The notes beneath the pieces are model-generated. The model saw nothing but the letters and a program-made list of their open reading frames with translations. It searched no databases and was not told where the DNA came from. Positions 37,674-46,620 of a stretch of DNA of 64,000 nt are shown here, piece after piece. This stretch comes from a virus, in the IMG/VR virus record IMGVR_UViG_3300002920_000054. One strand, 5' to 3'. Position 1 is the first letter of the stretch; every line of letters starts with the position of its first letter. The position numbers and the translations under genes are program-made.

Positions 37674-39345
37674 AAAGCTGGAGTTAGAGGGTTTTCGTTC
37701 TTTTAGAGATAAGACTGTCATAGAATTTCCAGACAGTGGGCTTGTTTTAATTTCTGGTAAATGGATTGACTCTGATGTATCATCTGGTTCTGGTAAATCT
37801 AGTATTATTTTAGCTATTGCTTTTGCATTAGATATTTGTGATTTACCTGCTAGCGAATTAAAAAATTGGGATTCTAAAAAACTATTTGTGAAGCTTACTT
37901 TAAGTGATGGTCAAAATACTTATGATATTGTCCGAGACCCATCTCTTTCTTTTTATGTAAATAATGTTAAGCAATCTAATATGACAGAAGATGCTAAAGA
38001 AAAAATCAATGCGCTACTAAAAGTTTCACCTGATTTGTTAAAAGTGTTAACTTATAAGCCTCAAAGAGAAAAAGGTCAATTTTTAAATATGACCGACTCT
38101 CAAGCAAAAGAATTTTTATCTAGTGTGTTAAATTTGAATGCCATTGAGCAAGCTATTGAACAAATTGAAACTAAAATTAAAAATACTGAAATTACTTTTT
38201 CTCAAATCAATGGTAGTTACGAAGTGGTTTCAAATTTTGTTCAATCTTTTAATATAAGTAAAGAAGAAATAACTAAAGCGCGCCAAATTTACGATGAAGC
38301 TAAAAAAAGGTTTGAAGCTGTAAGTTCTGAACCTAAATTAACTATACAAAATTTAAAGGAAAAACTTAATCAAATTAACGAAGAAATAAATAAAGTATTA
38401 CAAGTAAGGCAGAAAGTAGATTCAGCTAAATATGAAACTACCATTTTAAATAAACAAATAGAACAACTAAAAGTAGAAGTAAATAAATTAAAAGAACAAG
38501 TATGCTATACTTGTTTACGACAGTGGGATAAAAGTCAGGAGTTATTAGATAAAAAACTAAGTGAAATTAAAGTATTAGAGCATAAAGTGCAAGTAAACGA
38601 GGCTATTATTAAAAATAGTGCACCTATTCTAGAGAACTATTCGGTTTTACAAGCACAGCAAGCGGAATTAAATAAACAAATCGGTGAATTAAATTCTACA
38701 ATTACATCAGCTCAACTTGCTTTACAAAGTGCTGAACAAAATTGTAAAAATATAGCACTTCAAGTTGAAAAGTATAAAGAAAATCTATCTAAATTAGAAA
38801 CTTTAAAACAACAAAAAATAACATTAGAAAATGAGTTGAATATATTAAATCACGAGAAAAATATTTTAGGACGACAAGGATTTTTAGGTGTTATTTTTGA
38901 TGAAGTGCTTGCCGAAATTGAGAATAAAGCAAATGAGTTAATATGTTATTTCCCAAACATTAGTACTTATAGTGTACAGATTAGTTCTACTACTCAAACT
39001 AAAACTAAAAATTTAAAAAAAACTTTAAGTAAAAAAGTTTATAAAGACGGTAAAGAAGTTTCTATTAAAAGTTTATCAGGTGGACAGCAAGCGGCACTAG
39101 AGTTATGTGTGGATTTAGCAGTTTCAGAAACGATTAGAGCAAGAACAGGCACTAATCTTGGTTGGATTATTTTAGATGAAGCGTTAGAAGGATTAGGAGT
39201 GGTTGAGAAGCAGTCGGCGTTAGATATGTTAAAACAAAAAATTAAAGGTACTGTGTTAGTTATTGACCATAGTACTGAAGTTAAAGAGGGTTTTGATAAA
39301 ATTATTAACATAATGTTTGACGGCAGGACATCACATGTTATTTAG
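37660..39345 (+). CDS. sbcC: SbcC/Rad50-like SMC ATPase
   Basis: GSGKSS Walker A, CYTC zinc hook in a coiled coil, LSGGQ signature, ILDE Walker B, IDH. Confidence 0.9.
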   Translation: MIQIKKLELEGFRSFRDKTVIEFPDSGLVLISGKWIDSDVSSGSGKSSIILAIAFALDICDLPASELKNWDSKKLFVKLTLSDGQNTYDIVRDPSLSFYVNNVKQSNMTEDAKEKINALLKVSPDLLKVLTYKPQREKGQFLNMTDSQAKEFLSSVLNLNAIEQAIEQIETKIKNTEITFSQINGSYEVVSNFVQSFNISKEEITKARQIYDEAKKRFEAVSSEPKLTIQNLKEKLNQINEEINKVLQVRQKVDSAKYETTILNKQIEQLKVEVNKLKEQVCYTCLRQWDKSQELLDKKLSEIKVLEHKVQVNEAIIKNSAPILENYSVLQAQQAELNKQIGELNSTITSAQLALQSAEQNCKNIALQVEKYKENLSKLETLKQQKITLENELNILNHEKNILGRQGFLGVIFDEVLAEIENKANELICYFPNISTYSVQISSTTQTKTKNLKKTLSKKVYKDGKEVSIKSLSGGQQAALELCVDLAVSETIRARTGTNLGWIILDEALEGLGVVEKQSALDMLKQKIKGTVLVIDHSTEVKEGFDKIINIMFDGRTSHVI

Positions 39346-39778
39346 AGAGAATTTTTTTGTTGCACCAGAAGAGTATATGCTTTATTTTGAATTTTTAGAA
39401 CAAAATAAAGAGTTCTATACGGTTGTACTAAATATTAAAACTAAAAACCCTCAGCTGTATTTAGAAAAATGCGAAGACCCAAACATTTTAGGTACAGTAC
39501 GTGTCTTTATAGATGAAGAAAGCTGTATTATATATTTAAATCAAATACTTAAATTACGTCCATCATTAAAAGAAAAGTCTATTGGTGTTTGGCAAGTACC
39601 AGCTCAAAATTTAGTAGAAGTTTTAAATAAAGTGGATAATAAATATCGTTCAATCTATAATAAAGGAATTAGAGCTGTTACAACTACTATTGATATTCGA
39701 ACAGATAGAGAAAATAAAATTATGTATTACACTAATATAGATACTTTCTGGACGAAAGAAAATAAATTAGTGGTATAA
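39317..39778 (+). CDS. Hypothetical protein (about 147-153 aa; start uncertain)
   Basis: ORF track; ATG at 39335 is the more likely start. Confidence 0.6.
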   Translation: MTAGHHMLFRENFFVAPEEYMLYFEFLEQNKEFYTVVLNIKTKNPQLYLEKCEDPNILGTVRVFIDEESCIIYLNQILKLRPSLKEKSIGVWQVPAQNLVEVLNKVDNKYRSIYNKGIRAVTTTIDIRTDRENKIMYYTNIDTFWTKENKLVV

Positions 39779-39785
39779 TAAAATT

Positions 39786-39983
39786 ATGGAAAGAGAACGG
39801 ATTTTAAAAATTTTAAATGATGCCAAAAAAATGTACGAAGAAGATTTAAGTGAAACATTAAATCATATAAGTAATTTACAAAAAGAATTAGAATTACAAG
39901 CCCAAAAACATGAACAATTAAAGGGAGCTATTTATAGTATTACAAATTTAATTGAACAATTTAAAAACGAAAGTAACGAATAA
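39786..39983 (+). CDS. Small coiled-coil protein
   Basis: ORF track; TGGTATAAT immediately upstream. Confidence 0.65.
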   Translation: MERERILKILNDAKKMYEEDLSETLNHISNLQKELELQAQKHEQLKGAIYSITNLIEQFKNESNE

Positions 39984-39992
39984 GGAGGTATT

Positions 39993-40304
39993 ATGGCATT
40001 TCCATTTAATAAACCAAAAAAGCAAAAGAAAGCAAAAACTTTACAAGATAAAGTTAGAGAAATAGACCCAAATTTTGTTGATGAAGTGTTAGTGGCTACT
40101 GATGACGAGTTAAAATCTAAAATTACCACCTTAACTACTCATAAGATAGAAGTAGAAGAGGCTCAAAAGAATGACCTAGACATTGCCGATGCCAAAGAAA
40201 AGTTGAAACAACTAAATAGTACCTATACCGAACCTTTAAAAGCATATAAATTTAAAATAAAATTTTTAATTCAGTTATTAAAAGATAGAGGTAAAGCTAG
40301 TTAA
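39993..40304 (+). CDS. Hypothetical coiled-coil protein (103 aa)
   Basis: ORF track; AGGAGG RBS. Confidence 0.75.
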   Translation: MAFPFNKPKKQKKAKTLQDKVREIDPNFVDEVLVATDDELKSKITTLTTHKIEVEEAQKNDLDIADAKEKLKQLNSTYTEPLKAYKFKIKFLIQLLKDRGKAS

Positions 40305-40885
40305 TGAAAGTTTTGGGGTTAGATATTAGTAGTAAAACAGGTTACGCTTTAATTGATGATGGATTTTTAAAAGATAAAGGATTACTTAAATCCCCTATTG
40401 TTATAAATGTATTAGGCGAAAATTTTGCAATCTTAGATAGAGCTTCCAAAATGGCCGATTTAATTTTTAACTTAATTAAAAATAATAAACCTGATTATAT
40501 TTATATTGAGCAAACCAATGCAGGAAAATTTAGGACATCTCAAAAATTACTAGAGTTTACACATTGTGTATTACTTCAACATATTGTAAAGCATAATTTA
40601 CAAGATAGAGTAAGATATGTAGATACATCTAAATGGCGTTCTAAACTCTCAATTAAATTAACTAAGGAAGAAAGAAAGCATAATAAATCGGTAAAAGAAA
40701 AAAAAGCGCGAGGTAAAATTACTACTAAACATTTATCTGTTAAATGGGCTAATAAAACTTATAATTTAAATTTAAAAATTAAAGATAACGATATAGCCGA
40801 TGCAATAGCTATTGCTACATTTGGATACCAAACATCTCAAACTTTTCAAGCCGCTAATTTCTTAAAAAGTGATAATATATTATAA
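40304..40885 (+). CDS. ruvC: RuvC-like Holliday junction resolvase
   Basis: VLGLDISSKTGYA, IYIEQ, DIADAIAIA. Confidence 0.8.
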   Translation: MKVLGLDISSKTGYALIDDGFLKDKGLLKSPIVINVLGENFAILDRASKMADLIFNLIKNNKPDYIYIEQTNAGKFRTSQKLLEFTHCVLLQHIVKHNLQDRVRYVDTSKWRSKLSIKLTKEERKHNKSVKEKKARGKITTKHLSVKWANKTYNLNLKIKDNDIADAIAIATFGYQTSQTFQAANFLKSDNIL

Positions 40886-40908
40886 ACCACAACAAAGGAG
40901 GATACATT

Positions 40909-42879
40909 ATGTTCCATAATGATGCTAATGAATTTGTCTTTATTAGAACGTACGCAAGGTACTTACCAGAGCAAAACCGCAGAGAAACTTGGGTTGAAAC
41001 CGTAGAAAGATATGTAAATTTTATAACAAAACATAGAGGCAAGGTAGTGCCTCCAAAAGTTTTAAGAAAGATTAAAGAAAAAATCTTAAAATTTGATGTA
41101 ATGCCTTCAATGAGGCTTTTATGGACAGCAGGCCCCACTGCTGAAAGAGATAATACTGTAATTTATAATTGTTCGTTTGTAGCTATAGATAGCGTAGATT
41201 CAATTGCAGAAGCTTTATTTATCTTAATGTGCGGAACTGGTGTTGGCTTTAGTGTTCAAAAAAAATATATTGAAAAGCTACCCACCGTACCAACGGAAAT
41301 AAAAATTTCAGATGTTACTTATGTAGTAGATGATTCAAAAGAAGGCTGGGCAAACTCAGTAAAAGAATTGATAAATAGTTTATATAATGGTTATGATATT
41401 AACATGGATTATAGCCAATTAAGACCAGAAGGCGCACCTTTAAAGACAATGGGTGGTAGAGCATCAGGCCCTGCCCCTTTAATTGCGCTGCATAATTTTA
41501 TTAAAGAAACTTTTAAAGCCGCTAGAGGTCGTAAACTCAATGAATTAGAAGTGCACGATATTATTTGTCAAATTGGTGAAGCGGTAGTAGTAGGAGGTGT
41601 TAGACGTTCTTCAGAAATTTCATTATCTGATTTAGATAGTGAACTATTACGAAATGCTAAAGTTGGGAATTTCCCTGTTAGAAGATATTTAGCTAATAAT
41701 TCAGCCGTTTACGAAACCAAACCTAATTCTATGGAGTTTTTAAAAGAATGGAGCGCATTAGCTCTATCAGGTACTGGCGAACGTGGAATTTTTAATCTTG
41801 AGTCTGCTAAAAAACGCTCCCCTTCAAGACGTAATGCGGATTTGATTGTAGGTACAAACCCTTGCGGTGAGATTTTGTTAAGAGATAAACAATTTTGTAA
41901 TTTATCGGAAATTGTTGTTAGGCCTACCGATGATTTAGATGATTTATTAGAAAAAGTAGAAACAGCAGTTTGGATGGGCGCAATTCAGAGTACATTTACT
42001 TATTTCCCTTATTTGAGACCAGAATGGCAAAAAAATTGTGAAGAAGAAAGACTACTTGGTGTTTCAATTACAGGCCAGATGGATGCACCACATTTATTAA
42101 CTCCAGAGGCATTAAAAGCTATGAAAGCTAAGGCAATTAAGGTTGCTAAAAAAGCAGCGCAAATCTTAAAGATAAATGTACCAGCGGCAATTACTTGTGT
42201 AAAACCATCTGGTACCGTTTCTCAAGTAGTTGAGTCATCGTCAGGTATGCATCCTCGTTTTTCAAGGTATTATTTAAGACGTTATCGTATTAGTGCAACA
42301 GACCCTCTCTGTAAACTAATGCAATCTCAGGAAGTTCCTTTAAGTCCAGAAAATGGGCAAACAGAAAAAGCATGGAAAGAAGCGGAAAAGATTTATCAAG
42401 AAACAAATTCTGAAGTAGCAGCAAGAGCTGTATGTTCAATCTATCAAACAAACCAAAAATGGAGTCCAGATAAAGTTAAGACATGGGTAGTAGCTTTCCC
42501 ATTTAAATCTCCAGAAGGTTCTTTAGTTGCCGACGAATTAAGTGCGATTGAACAATTAGAATGGTATAAGAAACTCCAAATGTATTGGTGTGAACATAAC
42601 ACTTCTGTTACTATTTATGTTAAGCCAGATGAGTGGGTAGAAGTAGGCAATTGGGTGTACAATAATTGGGAATATGTCGGTGGGGTATCATTCTTACCTT
42701 ATTCAGACCACAAATACGAGCAAGCGCCTTATGAGGCTATAACTAAAGAAAAGTACGAAGCATTAGTTGCTAAAATGAAAAAAATTGATTATTCTCAATT
42801 ATATAAGTTTGAACAAGGCGATAACACTGAAGGCGCAAAAAGCTATGCGTGTTTATCAGGGGTATGCGAGTTGATTTAA
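40909..42879 (+). CDS. nrdJ: Class II (adenosylcobalamin-dependent, monomeric RTPR-type) ribonucleotide reductase
   Basis: YNCSF, GGVRRSSEI, TNPCGEI, CNLSE, TCVKPSGTVS, C-terminal CLSGVC redox pair. Confidence 0.92.
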   Translation: MFHNDANEFVFIRTYARYLPEQNRRETWVETVERYVNFITKHRGKVVPPKVLRKIKEKILKFDVMPSMRLLWTAGPTAERDNTVIYNCSFVAIDSVDSIAEALFILMCGTGVGFSVQKKYIEKLPTVPTEIKISDVTYVVDDSKEGWANSVKELINSLYNGYDINMDYSQLRPEGAPLKTMGGRASGPAPLIALHNFIKETFKAARGRKLNELEVHDIICQIGEAVVVGGVRRSSEISLSDLDSELLRNAKVGNFPVRRYLANNSAVYETKPNSMEFLKEWSALALSGTGERGIFNLESAKKRSPSRRNADLIVGTNPCGEILLRDKQFCNLSEIVVRPTDDLDDLLEKVETAVWMGAIQSTFTYFPYLRPEWQKNCEEERLLGVSITGQMDAPHLLTPEALKAMKAKAIKVAKKAAQILKINVPAAITCVKPSGTVSQVVESSSGMHPRFSRYYLRRYRISATDPLCKLMQSQEVPLSPENGQTEKAWKEAEKIYQETNSEVAARAVCSIYQTNQKWSPDKVKTWVVAFPFKSPEGSLVADELSAIEQLEWYKKLQMYWCEHNTSVTIYVKPDEWVEVGNWVYNNWEYVGGVSFLPYSDHKYEQAPYEAITKEKYEALVAKMKKIDYSQLYKFEQGDNTEGAKSYACLSGVCELI

Positions 42880-42967
42880 AAATGTATTATAATTTAATGA
42901 AATTGTAGTATTATTTAAATACATACTTCTTTGTGATTGCTGCGCTGAATTTTAAGGAGTGTAAAGT

Positions 42968-43789
42968 ATGAGTATTAACAATAATTTTTTAAATAACCAA
43001 AATGACGATGACAGTCAATTTAATCAATTTTTTCAAGAGAATCAATATAACCAAAATGAAACAATAGATGATATTGTAGAAGATAGTTTACAAGAAACAA
43101 TGGTTTTAAGTGAAGCGGTCAAAAGGATTGAGCAAGCGAAACTTTATGAGACTTTCTTAAAACACAAGCTTTTTGCTGAAGGTTCAGCACGACCTGAAAT
43201 TATCCAAATTGTAGAAACTGAGTTAAAGCAGTTTATTTTATCTCGATTAGAAATTTTACTAGGTATAAAACCCGAAAAACCGACACCTAATCAGCAAGTG
43301 CAATCTATTTTTACAGATGAGGAAATAAACGCATTAAAGCAATTGGCTGGTAGAGTGTTACAAAAAACCACTCAGCCCACTATCAATCCTGTACAAAATT
43401 CAGCACCTCAAAATATCTCTTTAGAACCTCAAATAAAACCTACTATCAATCCAGTACAAGCTACACAACCAGTTATAAATAAAATTCCAACGCAGAATAA
43501 TACTCCTAAACCTCAACTTAAAAAACAAGCTGTACCAAAAAACACTAACGCCTTTAAGCGTCGGTCTAATAATGTATCACAAGTAATTGTTGAGACTACT
43601 GATGGACAGCAAATACCTATAAACCAAGATTACTCACAAGTTTCGTTGAATAATAAATCTATGACTCCAGCGGATTTGGAAGCGGCAATGGCCTTACAAG
43701 CGCAAAAAGAAGTGAACAATATACTAAGTGGTAATTCAACGGTTGGTCAGCAATTATTACAAAATTTAATAAAAAATGGAGGACAATAA
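42968..43789 (+). CDS. Hypothetical protein with a Q/N/P-rich linker (273 aa)
   Basis: ORF track; AAGGAG RBS. Confidence 0.7.
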   Translation: MSINNNFLNNQNDDDSQFNQFFQENQYNQNETIDDIVEDSLQETMVLSEAVKRIEQAKLYETFLKHKLFAEGSARPEIIQIVETELKQFILSRLEILLGIKPEKPTPNQQVQSIFTDEEINALKQLAGRVLQKTTQPTINPVQNSAPQNISLEPQIKPTINPVQATQPVINKIPTQNNTPKPQLKKQAVPKNTNAFKRRSNNVSQVIVETTDGQQIPINQDYSQVSLNNKSMTPADLEAAMALQAQKEVNNILSGNSTVGQQLLQNLIKNGGQ

Positions 43790-44404
43790 ATGTCAACGTT
43801 AAATAAAGTAATTGAAATAGAAAACACAGTGAAAACCTTAAAAGAAGAAAATTTGCAGTTAAAAAGAGCGGTGGAAACTCTTTCTCAAAACATTATAAGA
43901 TTGTATAATGCAATAGATGCAAGTTCTAATAGTATAAGTACTGTACATCGTACTTTAGTTTCGATAGTACAAGCAATTGGTAACTCTACGAATACTGATA
44001 TTAAAAGCATTTTAAAAGATGCTAATAGAGTTATGCGTCAGGCAGATGATGAGGATAGTAAATCAAAAATAGAACAATTAAAAGCACTAAAATTGATTGA
44101 AACATCCTCTAGTATTACTGATAAATCATTAGTTGTAGCTGAAGTGGTAGATAAGGATAGCGGAGAAACTTTATATTCTTATGCGGTATTAGAAATTGGT
44201 CCTATGGAAAACAACGAAAAATTTTCTAATTTAGTGAAATTATTAAAAGAACATGATTTAGCAAGTAACACTCCTCTTGAGGTTGACGCTGCCGCTTTTA
44301 ATAGTTCTGATGGTCGTTCTACCCTACTTCTTAAAATAAAAGAAGTTTATAATATAAAAGATAATATAAACATACAAGGTGATACTTTAACTCAAAAACA
44401 ATAA
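43790..44404 (+). CDS. Hypothetical coiled-coil protein (204 aa)
   Basis: ORF track; GGAGG RBS. Confidence 0.7.
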   Translation: MSTLNKVIEIENTVKTLKEENLQLKRAVETLSQNIIRLYNAIDASSNSISTVHRTLVSIVQAIGNSTNTDIKSILKDANRVMRQADDEDSKSKIEQLKALKLIETSSSITDKSLVVAEVVDKDSGETLYSYAVLEIGPMENNEKFSNLVKLLKEHDLASNTPLEVDAAAFNSSDGRSTLLLKIKEVYNIKDNINIQGDTLTQKQ

Positions 44405-44420
44405 CTTTAAGTAATAATTT

Positions 44421-45671
44421 ATGGAAAATGGTTTTGACTTATTACAATTAGTAATAGAGGATTTTACTAACGTTTCTAAACGTATTGATACACCTGTCGT
44501 TCAGATGACTTTTGGTGATTATGTACGTGGTGGCGGCAAATACTCTCAGTCAATTATATCAAGGGTTGGCGGCTTAAAAACTATTAAGTCCGTATTATTT
44601 TCGAACAAAGACCCGTCTGACTTAGCAGTATTTCAGGAATTAAGACGTATCAATCGGGAAAACTTAAAGTTAGAACGCACTTTAGGCACAACTGAACTGT
44701 TTTTCACTAAATTAAAAAATTCAATAGGTGAATTGCCTATTGTGAAGATTAAACCTTACAAGACTAAAAAAAAGCATAAGAAAATTTCTAGAACGTTAAA
44801 TTTGGTGCTTTCTGACTTACATTTTGGTTCAGATTTAAATATAAAAGAGCATGGTCATAATTATGGTAAAGTTGAAGAAGCTAGGGCTTTAGCGGCTGTA
44901 ATTAAAAATGTTTTAGAGTATAAGTTACAATATAGAGATGAAACCGAATTAGTTATTAACATTTTGGGCGATATTATTCAAAACGAATTACATGGCAGAA
45001 CTTCTGCGGATTTATTACACTCGCAGACTTGTCGTGCTATTTGGTTACTTACTCATGCAATAGGTTTATGCGCTCAGTCTTTCAGGAAAGTAACTGTTAA
45101 TATGGTTACAGGAAATCATGGTAGGGATATGTTTATACATCAAAATAGAGCTAATAGCTTAAAATTTAATTCTATAGAAACGACTATTTATTATGCAATA
45201 AAAAATGCTTTTAGAAATGTGCTTAATGTAACTTTTAACCAGCCACTATCTGCATGGATTACTTATGAAGCGCAAGGTCATAAAATGTACGCAACGCATG
45301 GAGATACTCACTTAAATCCGGGCAATCCGGGAAAGTCTGTCGATATTGACCGAGTACAAAATAATATAAATAAAATTAACGCATCGTTAAAAGATACAGA
45401 TGAATATAAAGTATTTATTTGTGGGCATGTACATTTACCTTTAGTTACTAACTTGCCTAATGGTGCTTATTTGGTGATAAACGGAGCTTTAACCCCACCA
45501 GATAGTTATGCTCAAAGCTTAAATATTTTAGAGTCAAAACAAGTGCAAGTTTTATTTGAAACTACTTCAGAATATCCTGTGGGAGATTTTAGGTTTATAG
45601 ACGCTTCACAATCTTATAATAATCCTGAATTAGATAAGATTATACCCCCATTTAAAGATATTGATTTTTAA
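44421..45671 (+). CDS. Calcineurin-like metallophosphoesterase with an N-terminal helical region
   Basis: LSDLHFG, ILGDII, GNHGR, THGD, ICGHVH. Confidence 0.8.
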   Translation: MENGFDLLQLVIEDFTNVSKRIDTPVVQMTFGDYVRGGGKYSQSIISRVGGLKTIKSVLFSNKDPSDLAVFQELRRINRENLKLERTLGTTELFFTKLKNSIGELPIVKIKPYKTKKKHKKISRTLNLVLSDLHFGSDLNIKEHGHNYGKVEEARALAAVIKNVLEYKLQYRDETELVINILGDIIQNELHGRTSADLLHSQTCRAIWLLTHAIGLCAQSFRKVTVNMVTGNHGRDMFIHQNRANSLKFNSIETTIYYAIKNAFRNVLNVTFNQPLSAWITYEAQGHKMYATHGDTHLNPGNPGKSVDIDRVQNNINKINASLKDTDEYKVFICGHVHLPLVTNLPNGAYLVINGALTPPDSYAQSLNILESKQVQVLFETTSEYPVGDFRFIDASQSYNNPELDKIIPPFKDIDF

Positions 45672-45699
45672 ATAAAATCGTAGTATATTATATTTAAGT

Positions 45700-46032
45700 A
45701 TGTCCAGAACTTACGGCGATAGAAAAGACTTTGGTGATAAACTTGTAATTTTAAAGAAAAAGGTTAAATTTCTTGAGCGAGAAAATGCAAGGCTTCGCAA
45801 GGAATTAGCTAAACTGACTAGTTTTTTGCAAAATCAAACGGCGCAAGAAAATCCTGAAAATAATAAAAAAACTAAAAAAATGCATATTATACCGCAAGAA
45901 AAACGTAAACAATGCTCTCATTGTAACTCTTTGAATGTGTCTGAAATGACACTTGAAACTAGAGGTGGTATTCGTAATTATGTGGTATGTTTAGATTGTA
46001 GTAAACGAACTTTAGTGAAGGATAGTAAATGA
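45700..46032 (+). CDS. Coiled-coil plus zinc-ribbon protein
   Basis: CSHC...CLDC. Confidence 0.65.
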   Translation: MSRTYGDRKDFGDKLVILKKKVKFLERENARLRKELAKLTSFLQNQTAQENPENNKKTKKMHIIPQEKRKQCSHCNSLNVSEMTLETRGGIRNYVVCLDCSKRTLVKDSK

Positions 46033-46415
46033 GTTTAAAATTTTGGTTACCAAAAGATAATAAATATGTTTTAGCCTTAGAGGTTAAGATTGCGGCGGCT
46101 GAAGAGCAAATCCGTAAAATTGAAAAGGATAAATATGTCGCCGTTTTTAATCGTAATCAGGCTCAGGAAAGATTAAAAGAAGTTATCTCTTGTTTAAATA
46201 ATTTAAAATCTAAAGAGACAAAAATTGTTAGCCTTGCTGAGTATCAAAAACTTTTACATGAAAAGAGTAAGTATTATGCAGATTATGTATATCAATGCGA
46301 TTTAATTGAGAACTTGGAAATGCAAATTTACCACGAAAAAAGAACTATACAAGAATTAGAATTAGAAATAGAAAAAGTAAGAACTAAGATACTAAAATAT
46401 GAAAAAAAGTCGTAA
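46029..46415 (+). CDS. Hypothetical coiled-coil protein (128 aa)
   Basis: ORF track; coupled to both neighbours. Confidence 0.65.
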   Translation: MSLKFWLPKDNKYVLALEVKIAAAEEQIRKIEKDKYVAVFNRNQAQERLKEVISCLNNLKSKETKIVSLAEYQKLLHEKSKYYADYVYQCDLIENLEMQIYHEKRTIQELELEIEKVRTKILKYEKKS

Positions 46416-46620
46416 TCCGAAATTAGACACTGATATTGATTATATTGAGTGTCGTAAATACAAAAATTCTCTAAGATTATTCTTGGAACATCACCCTGAT
46501 GGTGTATCATTTACCGTCATTGCTCGTCTATTACAACTTCCTATTTCTGAAGTTGAAAATATTTATAATTCTGCTATACTAAAATTAAAGGAAAGTTTAA
46601 GGTCGGATGAAGAAATTTAA
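46399..46620 (+). CDS. Stand-alone sigma70 region-4-like HTH protein (73 aa)
   Basis: PDGVSFTVIARLLQLPISEVENIYNSAILKLK matches the sigma4.2 pattern T..EIG..LG.S...V..I...AL.KL. Confidence 0.55.
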   Translation: MKKSRNPKLDTDIDYIECRKYKNSLRLFLEHHPDGVSFTVIARLLQLPISEVENIYNSAILKLKESLRSDEEI

